A stretch of 64,000 nt of DNA, from positions 864,001-928,000 of the forward strand of contig CAXXGO010000001.1 in assembly GCA_963666835.2 (NCBI GenBank). Reading direction: 5' to 3'. The translations under genes were made by a program, and so were the position numbers. Below are positions 28,368 through 39,428 of the stretch, in pieces (position 1 is the first letter of the stretch; each line of letters begins with the position of its first letter). The notes beneath the pieces were generated by a model, which did not search any database, was not told where the DNA came from, and saw only the letters and a list, made by a program, of their open reading frames with translations. The stretch is from Phycisphaerae bacterium (lineage in GTDB: Bacteria; Planctomycetota; Phycisphaerae; UBA1845).

Positions 28368-30839
28368 CTAGTCGGTATTTCGTTCGTAGAAACGCAGAGG
28401 CGCATTGGACATCTCGTCCTGCGTTGTGTAGATCCCCTCCCCTTTATGATCCCAGCAGATTGCTTCACCCGCGCCGTCTGACTGTATTTGCAGTGTGCAA
28501 TACGCTTCGTCGAAGGCGTTCGCCAGATCAGTACCTGATGGTCGGTACCAGATTGCTGCCGACGGTGTTTCCCAACTGTATTGGCGGATTGCGACCATAC
28601 TGCCATCGGGTGACACATCGCCACCCGTTGGTCCACCATTCCAACTGCCCGGCGTACCGTCGAACTCCGAAGGCAAGTCCGTTACCCATTCAAGCGTCGT
28701 TGTGGAAGAGGTCGACTGCGGATAGACCGCACGATAGACCTTATTGGGAACGGCACGCTTTGTTACCACGTAGATGTCGCCGTTGACCGGATCCACAAAG
28801 AACGTCTCGGCGTCTTTCTCCGAGGGTGCGTAGGTCCCTGTAGGATATCGGAGGGTGATCAGTTCGACATCTTGCATCGTGTCGCTGACGGGATCTTGAT
28901 TCGGATCTACGGCAGGTTCGGGCGCACGCCTCACGACGATATTCGAACGGACGTTTCCGTTATCGCCGATGTCACCCCAATAGAGATAATCAACGCCCGG
29001 TTCGGGTCCGGGGCCGATCGAAATATCCTCGGTGTCCCACACCGATCCGGACCCGAAGGTGAAGGTGCCTACCAGGGCACCGGCGGTTGTGATTGCATAA
29101 ACGACGTTACCGCCACCAGAGTCATTGTGTGTCCACAGGACCCCGGGATTCTGTCGACTCGCAGCAAGCCCGGAGGCCTCCGTGATCGCTCCCGACGCGA
29201 TCGATCCGGTCTGCTGAGGCGGTAGAAACGGCGCGATGCCTCCCGCGCACACAATCCCCTCGCACACATCAGATTCGTCGTTGCATTGTTCATAGGCTGA
29301 GCACGGGGCTGTGCCACTCATGCACGTACCGTCTTCACACGTTTCGGACCCGTTGCAGAAGAGCCCGTCAGAGCAGTCGCCGTTAACCAGGCACGCGACG
29401 CATGCATCATCAGTTTCGTCACACAGTTGTCCCGGACACGGGTCGCCGCCGGCTTGGCAATTGCCGTCCGTGTCGCAGGTCTCGGACCCATTGCAGTAGA
29501 CCCCGTCGGAGCAATCGCCGTCAGCAAGGCAGGTGACACACGTGTCGGTGGTTTCATTGCACATCTGGCCCGAACACGGGTCGCTGCCGGCCTGACAGTT
29601 ACCATCGGTGTCGCAGGTTTCGGACCCGTTGCAGAAGAGTCCGTCAGAGCAGTCGCCGTCTACCAGGCATGTGACGCAAGCGGCGTCGGTTTCGTCGCAC
29701 AGTTGTCCCGGACAGGGATCGCTACCGGCTTGGCAATTGCCGTTTGTGTCGCAGGTCTCGAACCCATTGCAGAAGACACCGTCGGAACAATCGCTGTCTG
29801 CCAGGCATGAGACGCATACATCATCAGTTTCGTCGCACAGTTGTCCCGGACAGGGGTCCCCACCGGCGAGACAAACGCCGCCCGAGCATGTTTCGCTTCC
29901 GTTGCAGTAGGCGCCATCGTCGCAGTCTTCGTCTGCCGTGCAACTAGGGTCCGGCGGGACTACCGGAGGAGTGCTGACCGTATTGGATGGTGGCTCCGGT
30001 GTATTGCTTTGCACGATGATCGCTACCTCGTCAGACGATGACATCTCGTCCTCTTCGACAGTCAGCTCAAAGACCAGCGACTCTCCGGCCTCGCTCGCCG
30101 ACGCCACGAAAGACACCGTTTCTTGGTCATAAGCGCTGAGCTCGACAGGCGGGCCGGATAGCTGCGTCCACAAGAAGGAAAGCATCTCTTTCGAGAGCCC
30201 GGAGCTGGCCGAACCACTGAGTGTCACGGTCTCGCCGACTTCAACCGTCTGATCGGCGCCGGCGTCGGCCGTTGGGCCGGCGGAGGCTATTGACAGGTCC
30301 TCAATGTAGACTGAGACCTGTGTGCGGTCCTCGCTCAGGCCGTCCGTTACAATGAGCACGAACTCGAGCAGCACATCGCCGTCCACGTCCGGAACCACGA
30401 ACTCGGCGACAGGTTCGTTTGCACCTTCAAGCGTAAGTTCCGGTTCCTCATTCAAGTAGATCCACTTGTACTTGAGGGGGCTGTCGTTTGCGGCGACGCT
30501 TCCCGTTCCGTCGAGCTCGACGACGTCACCCGCCGCTGCGTATTGGTCCTTGCCGGCGTTGGCCACGGGGGGGCTGTACACTGGCTCGGGTGACACGTTA
30601 TCGGGAGAATCCGGATCGGTTGGTTCAACCTCTGCGGGCAGGATGGGATCTTCGGAGACTTCCGGCTGATCACCTTGGTCCTCGACGATCGTGGCGGGCA
30701 GCGTTTCAGTATCCTGTTGGTTCTCGGACAGAGGTGGGTTACCACAACCGTACAGCGCGATGAGAACCGTGGAAATCACGAAGACGAGCGAGGGCGCGGC
30801 GTTTCTGACCTGACGACTGACGATCAGCTTAGTATTCAC
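28368..30839 (-). CDS. Lipoprotein with two PKD-like domains, Cys-rich repeats and a C-terminal beta-propeller-like domain
   Basis: LYGC lipobox; PVANAGKDQ and PTADAGADQ; about five CSDGxFCNGxETC units; EASGLAAS...LWTHNDSG, DTEDI, GDIGDN, DAETFF. Confidence 0.75.
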   Translation of the reverse strand: MNTKLIVSRQVRNAAPSLVFVISTVLIALYGCGNPPLSENQQDTETLPATIVEDQGDQPEVSEDPILPAEVEPTDPDSPDNVSPEPVYSPPVANAGKDQYAAAGDVVELDGTGSVAANDSPLKYKWIYLNEEPELTLEGANEPVAEFVVPDVDGDVLLEFVLIVTDGLSEDRTQVSVYIEDLSIASAGPTADAGADQTVEVGETVTLSGSASSGLSKEMLSFLWTQLSGPPVELSAYDQETVSFVASASEAGESLVFELTVEEDEMSSSDEVAIIVQSNTPEPPSNTVSTPPVVPPDPSCTADEDCDDGAYCNGSETCSGGVCLAGGDPCPGQLCDETDDVCVSCLADSDCSDGVFCNGFETCDTNGNCQAGSDPCPGQLCDETDAACVTCLVDGDCSDGLFCNGSETCDTDGNCQAGSDPCSGQMCNETTDTCVTCLADGDCSDGVYCNGSETCDTDGNCQAGGDPCPGQLCDETDDACVACLVNGDCSDGLFCNGSETCEDGTCMSGTAPCSAYEQCNDESDVCEGIVCAGGIAPFLPPQQTGSIASGAITEASGLAASRQNPGVLWTHNDSGGGNVVYAITTAGALVGTFTFGSGSVWDTEDISIGPGPEPGVDYLYWGDIGDNGNVRSNIVVRRAPEPAVDPNQDPVSDTMQDVELITLRYPTGTYAPSEKDAETFFVDPVNGDIYVVTKRAVPNKVYRAVYPQSTSSTTTLEWVTDLPSEFDGTPGSWNGGPTGGDVSPDGSMVAIRQYSWETPSAAIWYRPSGTDLANAFDEAYCTLQIQSDGAGEAICWDHKGEGIYTTQDEMSNAPLRFYERNTD

Positions 30840-31807
30840 TTTCTGACCCCTTCGAGAGCTGGTGACGGTCCGGAAAAGGGCCAAGACTGCCTCCGAAGGG
30901 CCGGTCGAACCCGTTTCTGAATCCTGGCGCGACAGCGAAGCGCACGCATCTGTACCTCACGCGCCAACCTAACCATAGAATACGATGGCCAGGAGGGCAT
31001 GAGCCACTTGGGGGGATTGCGTAATATAGACAAAACAAGCTCATTTGCTGTGGTATAAACGACCTATATTGCTGCCCGGGCCCACAATATCGGAATGCCG
31101 AACCTCGCCGCGCATCGGGTCTGTCCGCCCCAACCATGCATTAGCGGATCCGCCTCGCGAACCCTTTCAGCTTAAGACCACCGGGGTAACCTCGGAAGTG
31201 TTAAAGGACGCTTTCTTGGGAGAACTCATATCAGGGTGTTTGGTCGGGGCTCAAAGAGCTGCTTCCGATAAGCTGAGGCCCTTGACGAAGGCCAGCCCAG
31301 ATTGTTCTCGGACGGGGGTCGTTCACGGATGTTGTCCGCGGGGCCAGTGCATGCACGTTCGGGCATGCTTAGTGGGTGGAAAGTGTGGATCGAAGTTGGC
31401 GATGCGTCTTTGCGCAAAAGGAGCTTACGACCAACACGTCAGTCTGTGCATGAATTCCTGGAAGAACCGAAGATCGGGTCGGGGCGAATGTTATGGATTG
31501 AATTAAACCGGCTGAGAGGTTAAGATGCGGGGTCGAGCCCCGGGGGATCCAGCAGTAAGCGAATTCCGAATGTGGTTTTCGGGGCATACTCGTTGTGGGT
31601 GGTTGCGGTGTTGCTTGTGGTCGCGATCCACTATGAGAATAGCGCAAGGAGGTGCAAACGACGCGCTGCGGGGGCTGTTCCGGCTGCGTATGCGTTCAGC
31701 ATAAGCTCAGCATAGGAAGTCTACGTATGAGTGCTGGGGCACGAGAGGGCGATGGAGAACCTGCGCGTGCAATTGAGGTTCTATATAGGTCGCCAAGGGA
31801 GCTCCAG

Positions 31808-34800
31808 ATGTTCCGATTGTCTGCAGCGGCAGTGGGTGTTGTTGTTCTGGCGTGCTTCGGCGTGGTGAGCTTCGGTCAGACGATTGTGATCAACGAAGTT
31901 CACTATCACCCGGCGAACGGAGCTGTGGGTGCGGGGGAGGATCCGGAAGATCTCCAGTTTGTCGAACTTCACAACGGGGGGACGGCGAGCGTTGATCTGT
32001 CGGGTTGGTTGTTGGCGGGTGATGTGAATCACGCCTTCGCGGCGGGGGTGACGCTCAGCGCCGGCGAATTCCTTGTTGTGGCCAAGGACGACGTGTTTCT
32101 CGCAGGGACGGTGTCACCGGCGATTCCGGTTGGGGTCCAGGTGATCAAATGGGACAGCGGTGACTTACCGAACTCCGGTGGCGTTGTAGCGGTTGAGGAT
32201 GATCTCTCCACGGAGGTGGATCGCGTTGTCTATGACGATGCCGCCCCGTGGCCTACCGGCGCGGACGGGTTCGGGCCTTCGTTGGAGTTGATCCACTCCG
32301 ATTTCGACAATTCGTACGGTTCTGTATGGCGCGCTTCGGCGGCAACGAATGGCACGCCGGGTGTGGAGAACAGCGCGTACTCTTCTTCACCGGTGGTGCT
32401 GAGCGAATCGCCGGCGCGGCTTTCGATTATTGCCAACCTGACGGAGGTGTCGGTCGTCTTCGCCGAACCCGTGCAGTCGGTGACGGCCAGCGATCTGGCG
32501 GTTGATTCATCGCTGGCGACGAGTGTTGTGTGTGACACCTGTGTCGGGGGTGTTGGCGCCGGGCCGTATGTGTTCAGTGGTTTCACGGCGCCGACCACTA
32601 GTCCGGTAAATGTGGCATTGGCACCGGGATCGATTGAGGATGAGAGCGGTCATTCGTTTGCCGGAGACACGTGGATCTACTCGTTTGAAATCCAGAACGT
32701 GGTGATCAATGAGTTGCATTACAACCCGGACGGCGGTGACGATCTCGAGGAATTCATCGAGCTCCATAACGCTGAGCCTGATCCGGTGGATATCTCCGGT
32801 TGGTCAGTAACGCATTTCTCGAATACCGGTTTTACGTTTCCGGCGTCCACGGTGCTGGCGGCTCGGGATTATGTCGTGATCGCTCGATACCCGGCGCACT
32901 TATTGGCGGCAACGGGGTACACGACGGCGTATCAGTGGGACCCTGACGACAAGCTAAGCAACAGTGGGGAGACGGTTGCCCTGGAGACGCATCTGGGGAT
33001 CGTCGTTGACTCAGTGACCTACTCGGATTCGAACTCCGACCCGGCTTGGCCCGCGCTGCCGGACGGCGATGGGCCGTCGTTGGAGTTGCTCAATCCATCG
33101 CTGGACAACGAGCTGCCGGGTGCCTGGTCTGCTTCCGTGGGAACGCACGGCACGCCCGGAGCAGAGAACAGCGTGGCGACAGACGCTCCGCGGATTCTCA
33201 GTGAGCTGCCGGCTCGGGGTACTTCGGTTGAGTCATTAACAGACGTGACGGTGGTGTTCACGACGCCGGTGGAGAACGTCGTTGCCGGTGACTTGTTGGT
33301 CGCAGGTAGCGCGGCCACCACGGTCGTGCCGGCGAGTGGCCCTGCGGATACGTACACTTTCTCGGGTTTTGCAGTTCCGCCGGTTGGATCTGTCGTAGTC
33401 GTGTTGAATGCGGGGGCGATTGTAAGCGAGGAAGGTGGCATACCGTTCGGAGGGGCCTATTGGACGGTTTCGGCAGGTTTGGTGGTGTTGATCAACGAGA
33501 TTCACTATCACCCTGCGGCTCCCGACGACGATGTTGAGTTCATCGAGTTCTACAACGCTGGCGCCAATACGGCGGTGATGGATAACTGGACGATGTGCGA
33601 CGGGGTCGAGATGACGTTCCCGACGGGGACGACGTTGCCGCCCGGCGATTATCTGGTCATTGCGTTTGACACGACGCTGTTGGAGTCGGTAACCGGTTAC
33701 GCGGATGGGCTCGGCTGGAGTGACGGGCGTTTGTCGAATGGAGGGGAGGGGCTTGCACTTTGCGATGACGTTGGCAACGTGCTGGATGCGCTTACGTACG
33801 GTGACAGTGCGCCCTGGGCGTCGAGTACCGATGGTGACGGATCATCGTTGGAACTGATAAGTCCGCTTCTCCCCAACGAGTATGGAGGAGCCTGGCAGGC
33901 CTCGGTGGGGACGCATGGAACTCCGGGGGCGGAGAACAGCACGTACCAGCCGGCGCCACCGCCGATTATCCTCGATCCGATTCACGACCCACCCATCCCG
34001 GCATCAGATCAAGACGTGTTGATTACGGTTACGGTGATCGACGACGCGCCCGACCCGACCGTAACGCTGAACCACCGACAGGATCAGGAACCCCCTGTTG
34101 CGTATACCCTGACCACGATGTACGACGATGGCTTCCACGGGGACGGCCTGGCGGACGATCATCTGTACGGCGCGATTGTCGCCGGTTTGGCAGACGGCGA
34201 GCGCCTGGACTTTTTCATCTCGGCGGACGATGGGGCTGGTACCTCGATAGCCCCGGTGGGGCACTCGGTGCCGGATGGATCGGGGTACCCTTCGCAGACC
34301 TTTTTGGTCAAGTTCTCCGATGACGCGCCGGATCTCGAGTTCCCGACGTATCACCTGATTACCACTCAACACACCCGCGACTTGCAGGAGACGATAGATC
34401 GGACGTCCTACGACGCAACCTTCGTTCAGTGCGATACGAGCGGGACTTGCGAGGTGTTCTATAACGTCACCGAGCGTTACCGTGGCCACAGTACGTTGAC
34501 GGACACGCCGCACGGGTTCCGGATTGACTTCTCAGATGATCATCCGCTGCAATCCGAGATGGGATTCGAGATTACGGATCTCGTTCTGATGTCGCAGGAG
34601 ATCGATCGGCAGCATCTGGGCTACGAGTTCTTCAGAGAGGTCTTCGGCGGAGCGTTGCCGGCGTCGATGACGCAGTTCGTCAGATTGAATACGAATCCGC
34701 TCGCCCATGGAGGCGCGCAGAACTGGATTTACATTAACCTGGAGCGGGTCGACGATCGCTTCCTGGATTCGCAAGACGGCGGTGTCGGGGCGATGCGGTA

Positions 34801-37800
34801 TCCGAAGTTATGTAGCGATAATGGGGCTTCCTGCGACAACGACAGTGATTGCGTCGGCTCGTGCGTGAATCGGGCGAACGGGAATCTCTATCGAGCACGG
34901 CACACGGGCAATCTCGATTACCGAGGAGAGAATCCGGACGACTACCGAGCAACCGAACAGCCGGAAGGTGGCACGGACTACGGATACGACAAGGAGACGA
35001 ACGAGGCGGAGGATGACTGGACCGACCTGATCGATCTGTGCTTCGCTATCGATGCCGCAACGACGGATGGCGAGGATCTGGAAGCAGCCTTGGAGTCCCT
35101 GATTGATGTGGATCAATGGCTCCGCTGGTTCGGCGCTCACATGCTGCTTGCCAACGGAGAGGGCGGGTTGTACCGGGATAGTGGGGACGATTACTTCGTT
35201 TACTTCGAGCCGATCGAGTCGCCCAATGGGCACAATGCCACGCTGATTCCCTGGGATCTCGACGGTGTCTGGGGCGGTCACTGGTACAGAGACAACTACT
35301 GGGAACAGCCGACGATCTGGCGGACGGGCTGCGGGCACCCGTGCAATCCCTTCATGTCATGTCCTTCCCCGTTGGCTGACACTTCAGGCCGTTTTGTGCG
35401 TTCGAATGCGTTTGCAGGGCGTATGGTAAACGCTATTTGGGAGCTACTCGATAACGAGTTCACGCAGGCCAACGTAGACGCGATGGTCGACGCGATTCCC
35501 GACAGCGTTCTCGCCCAATCGATCTACTACGCCACCGCCGAGGACCGAAAGGCTCAGTTGAAGAGCTGGGCCGCGGACCGGCGAACGACGGTCCTCAATG
35601 AGATCGTCTCTCAGATGACATTGGACGGCCTGCCGTCGAGTCCGTACTCGGCGGCCGACCCGGTGATAGCGTTGAGCGGCGATCTCGATCAGCGCGGGAC
35701 ATATCAGGTTGTCCTGAATGATGAGCCCGTTGACTACTACAGCGTATTCAAGAACCCGTATCCGGATGAGCCGTGCGGATGGGGATCGGCGGGTGCCGAT
35801 TGGTCCAAGCAGCTCGTGTTGGGTCCCGGCGTGAACGAGATCATGGTCCAGTGTCTGGATCACGAAGGGGCGGAAGTGGATCGGGTCGAGGACACGGTGA
35901 CTTATTCGCCGTCGCCGTGGAATCTCCGTTTGACCGCGCCGAGCCGAATGGTGGCGGATAAGACGCTCACGCTGAAGGCGGAGTTGTTGGACCTGGCCGG
36001 TGAGATTCACTGGCGGGAGTGGAACACGGTAGGAACGGTATCGGCGCAACTGGTCTCGGACGGGACCCCGATTCCGACTACGATCACGGTGTTTGAATCG
36101 CATGCGGACGGGGTGGGGGGCGGCGTTCCGGCGGAGGACTCGATCCGGCTGTATAACGGGGTCGGGAGTGTATCGATCACGTTGGACGATCCGGCTTCCG
36201 TTGCCGGTCAGGCGATCGAGATCTTCGTCAACGTTGACGGGCTGGTGGCATCGAAGGTTGTCACGGTGCTCGAGAACGTCCCCGGCAACTTCAGGCAACT
36301 CTCCGGGACGCTCACCGGTGCGGATCTGGTTTGGGGGCCTGGCGATGGCGTGATTCATCTTACGGGTGACGTCACGATTCCCACGGGAGAGACGCTTTCG
36401 TTGGCTGCCGGTACGCTGGTAATGGTAGACGCCGGGTCGGAGGCGGCGGGCACGCGGATCTTGCTCAGCGGCAGTGCGGTGGACGCGCAGGGAACGGTGG
36501 CGAATCCGCTTTTCTTCTTCCCGACGGAGGGTGCCGCGGCGATGGCGTTGCCGCAGGGGCTGAACGAAAAGAACAACTTCTTCTCGTGGCGGGGATTCGC
36601 ATTCGAAGGGGCCGGTTCATCGACGTTCTCGTACGTGTTTCTCACGGGTGCCGGGAACGGTGCGATCGAATTCCATCCGCGCCCACCGGTGCTCTACCTG
36701 GCGGAAGGCGGAACTCACTCTCTGACGCTTACCGATTGCGTGTTCGCGGATGCGCCCGGAGAGATAGTATTCGCGAAGGGCAGCGGAACGTACACGATCT
36801 CGCGTTGTCTGTTCTCGCGCGTGGGGATCGGCGGCGAATTCGTAGGGGGGGATGACTACACAGTCCTCGTAGAGGACAGTTGGTTCACGCGGATCGGACG
36901 GGCTCCGGAAGAGAACAACGTAGACGGAGACATGCTCCATCTGGATCAGGTGACGACGGTTCCGCAAACCGTTCGGCGATGCATCTTCACGGACGGCGGC
37001 GACGACGTAATCGACCACAGCAACGGTGCGCATCCGGTGATTGAGGATTGCATCATCTACGATGCTCGGGACAAAGCGGTCAGCTTGTATTACAGCGGCG
37101 ATATCACGATGACGAACTGTCTCGTGTTTGATGTCCCCAACGGTATCGAGGCAACCGGCCGGCCCGTGTACCTTACCAACTGCACGTTCGGCCGTAATAC
37201 GCAAATCTCGAATCGCCAATGCAGTCTTAGCGACATAGACAAGTGTATTTTCTGGCCTATCAGCATTGTTACATGCTGCAACTACGTTGACTACACCCTG
37301 ATCGGCAGCGCCGGGCACCTTGGCTGCGGCACGTGCAATCTGGTTAAAGAAGCCGAAGAGCCGCTGTTTGTGGACTCGGCCGGCAACGATTTCAACCTGC
37401 ACCCGGATTCACCGGCCGTCGACGTTTGCGGACAGGGGCGGATTGGCTGGCTGGGCTTCCCGAGTGCGACTGCGTGTGCGACGGATGGGGATTGCGACGA
37501 CAGCGATGCGTGTACGATAGATGCATGCCATGTCGGCGTCTGCGTGCATGGAGGCCGGGACTGCTCCGCTTATGATGATGCGTGCAATGTCGGGGTCTGC
37601 AATGGCGGCACGGGCGAGTGCGAACCGCAGCCGGTGGCGGACGATACGCCGTGCTCCGACGGAGAGTTCTGCAACGGGTCCGAGACCTGCCAGGCGGGGC
37701 TCTGCGTTCCCTCGGCGGGTCCGTGTAATGACGGGGTGGATTGTACCGACGATTCGTGTGATGAGGTTGCGGACACGTGCAGCTACGTTCCCAACGACGG

Positions 37801-39199
37801 TCTTTGTGACAACGGTTTGTTCTGTGACGGCGCCGAAACCTGCGACGAGATCAGCGGGTGCGTGGACGGCGCGGAGCCGTGCGTAGACCAAGCCCACTGC
37901 GATGAAGCAGCGGACGCTTGTCTGAGTTGCGTCGAGGACGCGGACTGTGACAACGGGCTGTTCTGCGATGGGGTCGAGACGTGCGTCGACAACGAGTGTG
38001 TGGCGGGCGTCGATCCGTGCGACGATAGTGTGGCGTGTACGGATGACAGTTGCGAAGAGACTACGGACATCTGCAGCCACGTTCCGAATGACGGTCTTTG
38101 CGGCAACGGGTTATTCTGTGACGGCGCTGAAGCTTGTGACGAGATCAACGGGTGCGGAGACGGCGTCGATCCGTGCGTGGATCTGGCTCATTGTGACGAG
38201 GATTCGGACGTTTGCTACGAGTGCGTTATCGACGACGAGTGCGATGACGGCGCATACTGCAACGGAGCCGAGACGTGCGTTGACAACGAGTGCGTGTCGG
38301 ATGTTGATCCGTGTGGTGATCCTTGCGAGCAGTGCGACGAAGCCCGTGACACGTGCGAGTGGTGCATCTTCGAGCTGGACGGCGACGGCTTCATCGGCCC
38401 GGGTGATTTCTCGTTCTTTGCGGGGTGCTATGGGGACAGCTACAGTTGCGATCCACCCACTTATCGAACCGGTGCTGACGGCTGCTGTATAACGAACTTC
38501 GATGAAAGTTCCGACAGTTTCGTGGGGCCCGGTGACTTCTCCGGGCTCGCAGGTTGCTACGGTGATTACTGCGACGCTTGTTCCCTGTGCTGGGGGGCAC
38601 AGGGGCGCTACGGCGGTATTGCGGCGCAGGAATCCACACCGGCGGCGTCGCTGGCCTTGGTAGCGACTTCGACGCTTCACAGTTCGGAGGTTGCGGCGGA
38701 GCTTCCGCGTTCGGAGAACTCGTTCCGGATTGGAAGTTCCTTCTATATTGAACTCTGGGCGCGGGCGGGTCAAGGCGAACGTGGTCTGGCCGCCGTGCAT
38801 GCGAACGTGCGGCTGGATGTCTCGCGCTTGGCTGTGGAGCAGGTTCTACCGAGCGGCAAGTTCGGGTTGTTTTCTCGGAGCGCGTTTGATCCATCTGATG
38901 GACAAGTGGGATTGCTTGGTGGCTGTGCGTCGCTAAGTGAAAGTTCCCTGGACACGGAAACCTGGGTGCGCGTGGGGAGTATCAAGGTCCGCGCCACGGA
39001 AGTTGGCTCGACGAGCATAAAGACCGTTTCGGCGGGGAAGAAATACGGGGTCGCCATGGTGGAGGGGCTAGGCCTGTTGGATGCGGCGAAGATCTCGTTT
39101 GGGGAGGTCTCGCTGAGCGTGTACCGCCGCACGCCGGTTGTGGATCAGACGGAGGAGGCGGAAGTCAAGGGCAGGCGAGGAGCACCGGGCCGGCCGTAG
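31808..39199 (+). CDS. Giant secreted protein: 3 lamin-tail domains with Ig-like spacers, CotH kinase, beta-helix, Cys repeats, dockerin-like and C-terminal cohesin-like domains
   Basis: Signal peptide; [111 protein letters not shown]...WVRVGSI. Confidence 0.85.
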   Translation: MFRLSAAAVGVVVLACFGVVSFGQTIVINEVHYHPANGAVGAGEDPEDLQFVELHNGGTASVDLSGWLLAGDVNHAFAAGVTLSAGEFLVVAKDDVFLAGTVSPAIPVGVQVIKWDSGDLPNSGGVVAVEDDLSTEVDRVVYDDAAPWPTGADGFGPSLELIHSDFDNSYGSVWRASAATNGTPGVENSAYSSSPVVLSESPARLSIIANLTEVSVVFAEPVQSVTASDLAVDSSLATSVVCDTCVGGVGAGPYVFSGFTAPTTSPVNVALAPGSIEDESGHSFAGDTWIYSFEIQNVVINELHYNPDGGDDLEEFIELHNAEPDPVDISGWSVTHFSNTGFTFPASTVLAARDYVVIARYPAHLLAATGYTTAYQWDPDDKLSNSGETVALETHLGIVVDSVTYSDSNSDPAWPALPDGDGPSLELLNPSLDNELPGAWSASVGTHGTPGAENSVATDAPRILSELPARGTSVESLTDVTVVFTTPVENVVAGDLLVAGSAATTVVPASGPADTYTFSGFAVPPVGSVVVVLNAGAIVSEEGGIPFGGAYWTVSAGLVVLINEIHYHPAAPDDDVEFIEFYNAGANTAVMDNWTMCDGVEMTFPTGTTLPPGDYLVIAFDTTLLESVTGYADGLGWSDGRLSNGGEGLALCDDVGNVLDALTYGDSAPWASSTDGDGSSLELISPLLPNEYGGAWQASVGTHGTPGAENSTYQPAPPPIILDPIHDPPIPASDQDVLITVTVIDDAPDPTVTLNHRQDQEPPVAYTLTTMYDDGFHGDGLADDHLYGAIVAGLADGERLDFFISADDGAGTSIAPVGHSVPDGSGYPSQTFLVKFSDDAPDLEFPTYHLITTQHTRDLQETIDRTSYDATFVQCDTSGTCEVFYNVTERYRGHSTLTDTPHGFRIDFSDDHPLQSEMGFEITDLVLMSQEIDRQHLGYEFFREVFGGALPASMTQFVRLNTNPLAHGGAQNWIYINLERVDDRFLDSQDGGVGAMRYPKLCSDNGASCDNDSDCVGSCVNRANGNLYRARHTGNLDYRGENPDDYRATEQPEGGTDYGYDKETNEAEDDWTDLIDLCFAIDAATTDGEDLEAALESLIDVDQWLRWFGAHMLLANGEGGLYRDSGDDYFVYFEPIESPNGHNATLIPWDLDGVWGGHWYRDNYWEQPTIWRTGCGHPCNPFMSCPSPLADTSGRFVRSNAFAGRMVNAIWELLDNEFTQANVDAMVDAIPDSVLAQSIYYATAEDRKAQLKSWAADRRTTVLNEIVSQMTLDGLPSSPYSAADPVIALSGDLDQRGTYQVVLNDEPVDYYSVFKNPYPDEPCGWGSAGADWSKQLVLGPGVNEIMVQCLDHEGAEVDRVEDTVTYSPSPWNLRLTAPSRMVADKTLTLKAELLDLAGEIHWREWNTVGTVSAQLVSDGTPIPTTITVFESHADGVGGGVPAEDSIRLYNGVGSVSITLDDPASVAGQAIEIFVNVDGLVASKVVTVLENVPGNFRQLSGTLTGADLVWGPGDGVIHLTGDVTIPTGETLSLAAGTLVMVDAGSEAAGTRILLSGSAVDAQGTVANPLFFFPTEGAAAMALPQGLNEKNNFFSWRGFAFEGAGSSTFSYVFLTGAGNGAIEFHPRPPVLYLAEGGTHSLTLTDCVFADAPGEIVFAKGSGTYTISRCLFSRVGIGGEFVGGDDYTVLVEDSWFTRIGRAPEENNVDGDMLHLDQVTTVPQTVRRCIFTDGGDDVIDHSNGAHPVIEDCIIYDARDKAVSLYYSGDITMTNCLVFDVPNGIEATGRPVYLTNCTFGRNTQISNRQCSLSDIDKCIFWPISIVTCCNYVDYTLIGSAGHLGCGTCNLVKEAEEPLFVDSAGNDFNLHPDSPAVDVCGQGRIGWLGFPSATACATDGDCDDSDACTIDACHVGVCVHGGRDCSAYDDACNVGVCNGGTGECEPQPVADDTPCSDGEFCNGSETCQAGLCVPSAGPCNDGVDCTDDSCDEVADTCSYVPNDGLCDNGLFCDGAETCDEISGCVDGAEPCVDQAHCDEAADACLSCVEDADCDNGLFCDGVETCVDNECVAGVDPCDDSVACTDDSCEETTDICSHVPNDGLCGNGLFCDGAEACDEINGCGDGVDPCVDLAHCDEDSDVCYECVIDDECDDGAYCNGAETCVDNECVSDVDPCGDPCEQCDEARDTCEWCIFELDGDGFIGPGDFSFFAGCYGDSYSCDPPTYRTGADGCCITNFDESSDSFVGPGDFSGLAGCYGDYCDACSLCWGAQGRYGGIAAQESTPAASLALVATSTLHSSEVAAELPRSENSFRIGSSFYIELWARAGQGERGLAAVHANVRLDVSRLAVEQVLPSGKFGLFSRSAFDPSDGQVGLLGGCASLSESSLDTETWVRVGSIKVRATEVGSTSIKTVSAGKKYGVAMVEGLGLLDAAKISFGEVSLSVYRRTPVVDQTEEAEVKGRRGAPGRP

Positions 39200-39428
39200 C
39201 CTGGCCACGGTAGTCTGAGCCGCGAGTATGGGAGTTGAGAGCGAGAAAACTCAATCGTTATCGAGCGATTGGGCAGTGATAATGCGTCGGACGTACGCCA
39301 TGCTCGATTCGGTTGAATGGAGCGGTGGCGATGAGTCGTAGGAGGACCCGGGAATGGTAAGAAGCTTACATCGGTTGACTGTGAATCAGAGTTCATTTGA
39401 TGACGCCCTTCTGGCGAGGAGGAAAGGC

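Noticed and set aside
30840..31807. Possible replication origin where gene orientation and G/T bias flip
   Set aside because: No clustered DnaA boxes or AT-rich unwinding element seen; bias can be explained by coding strand
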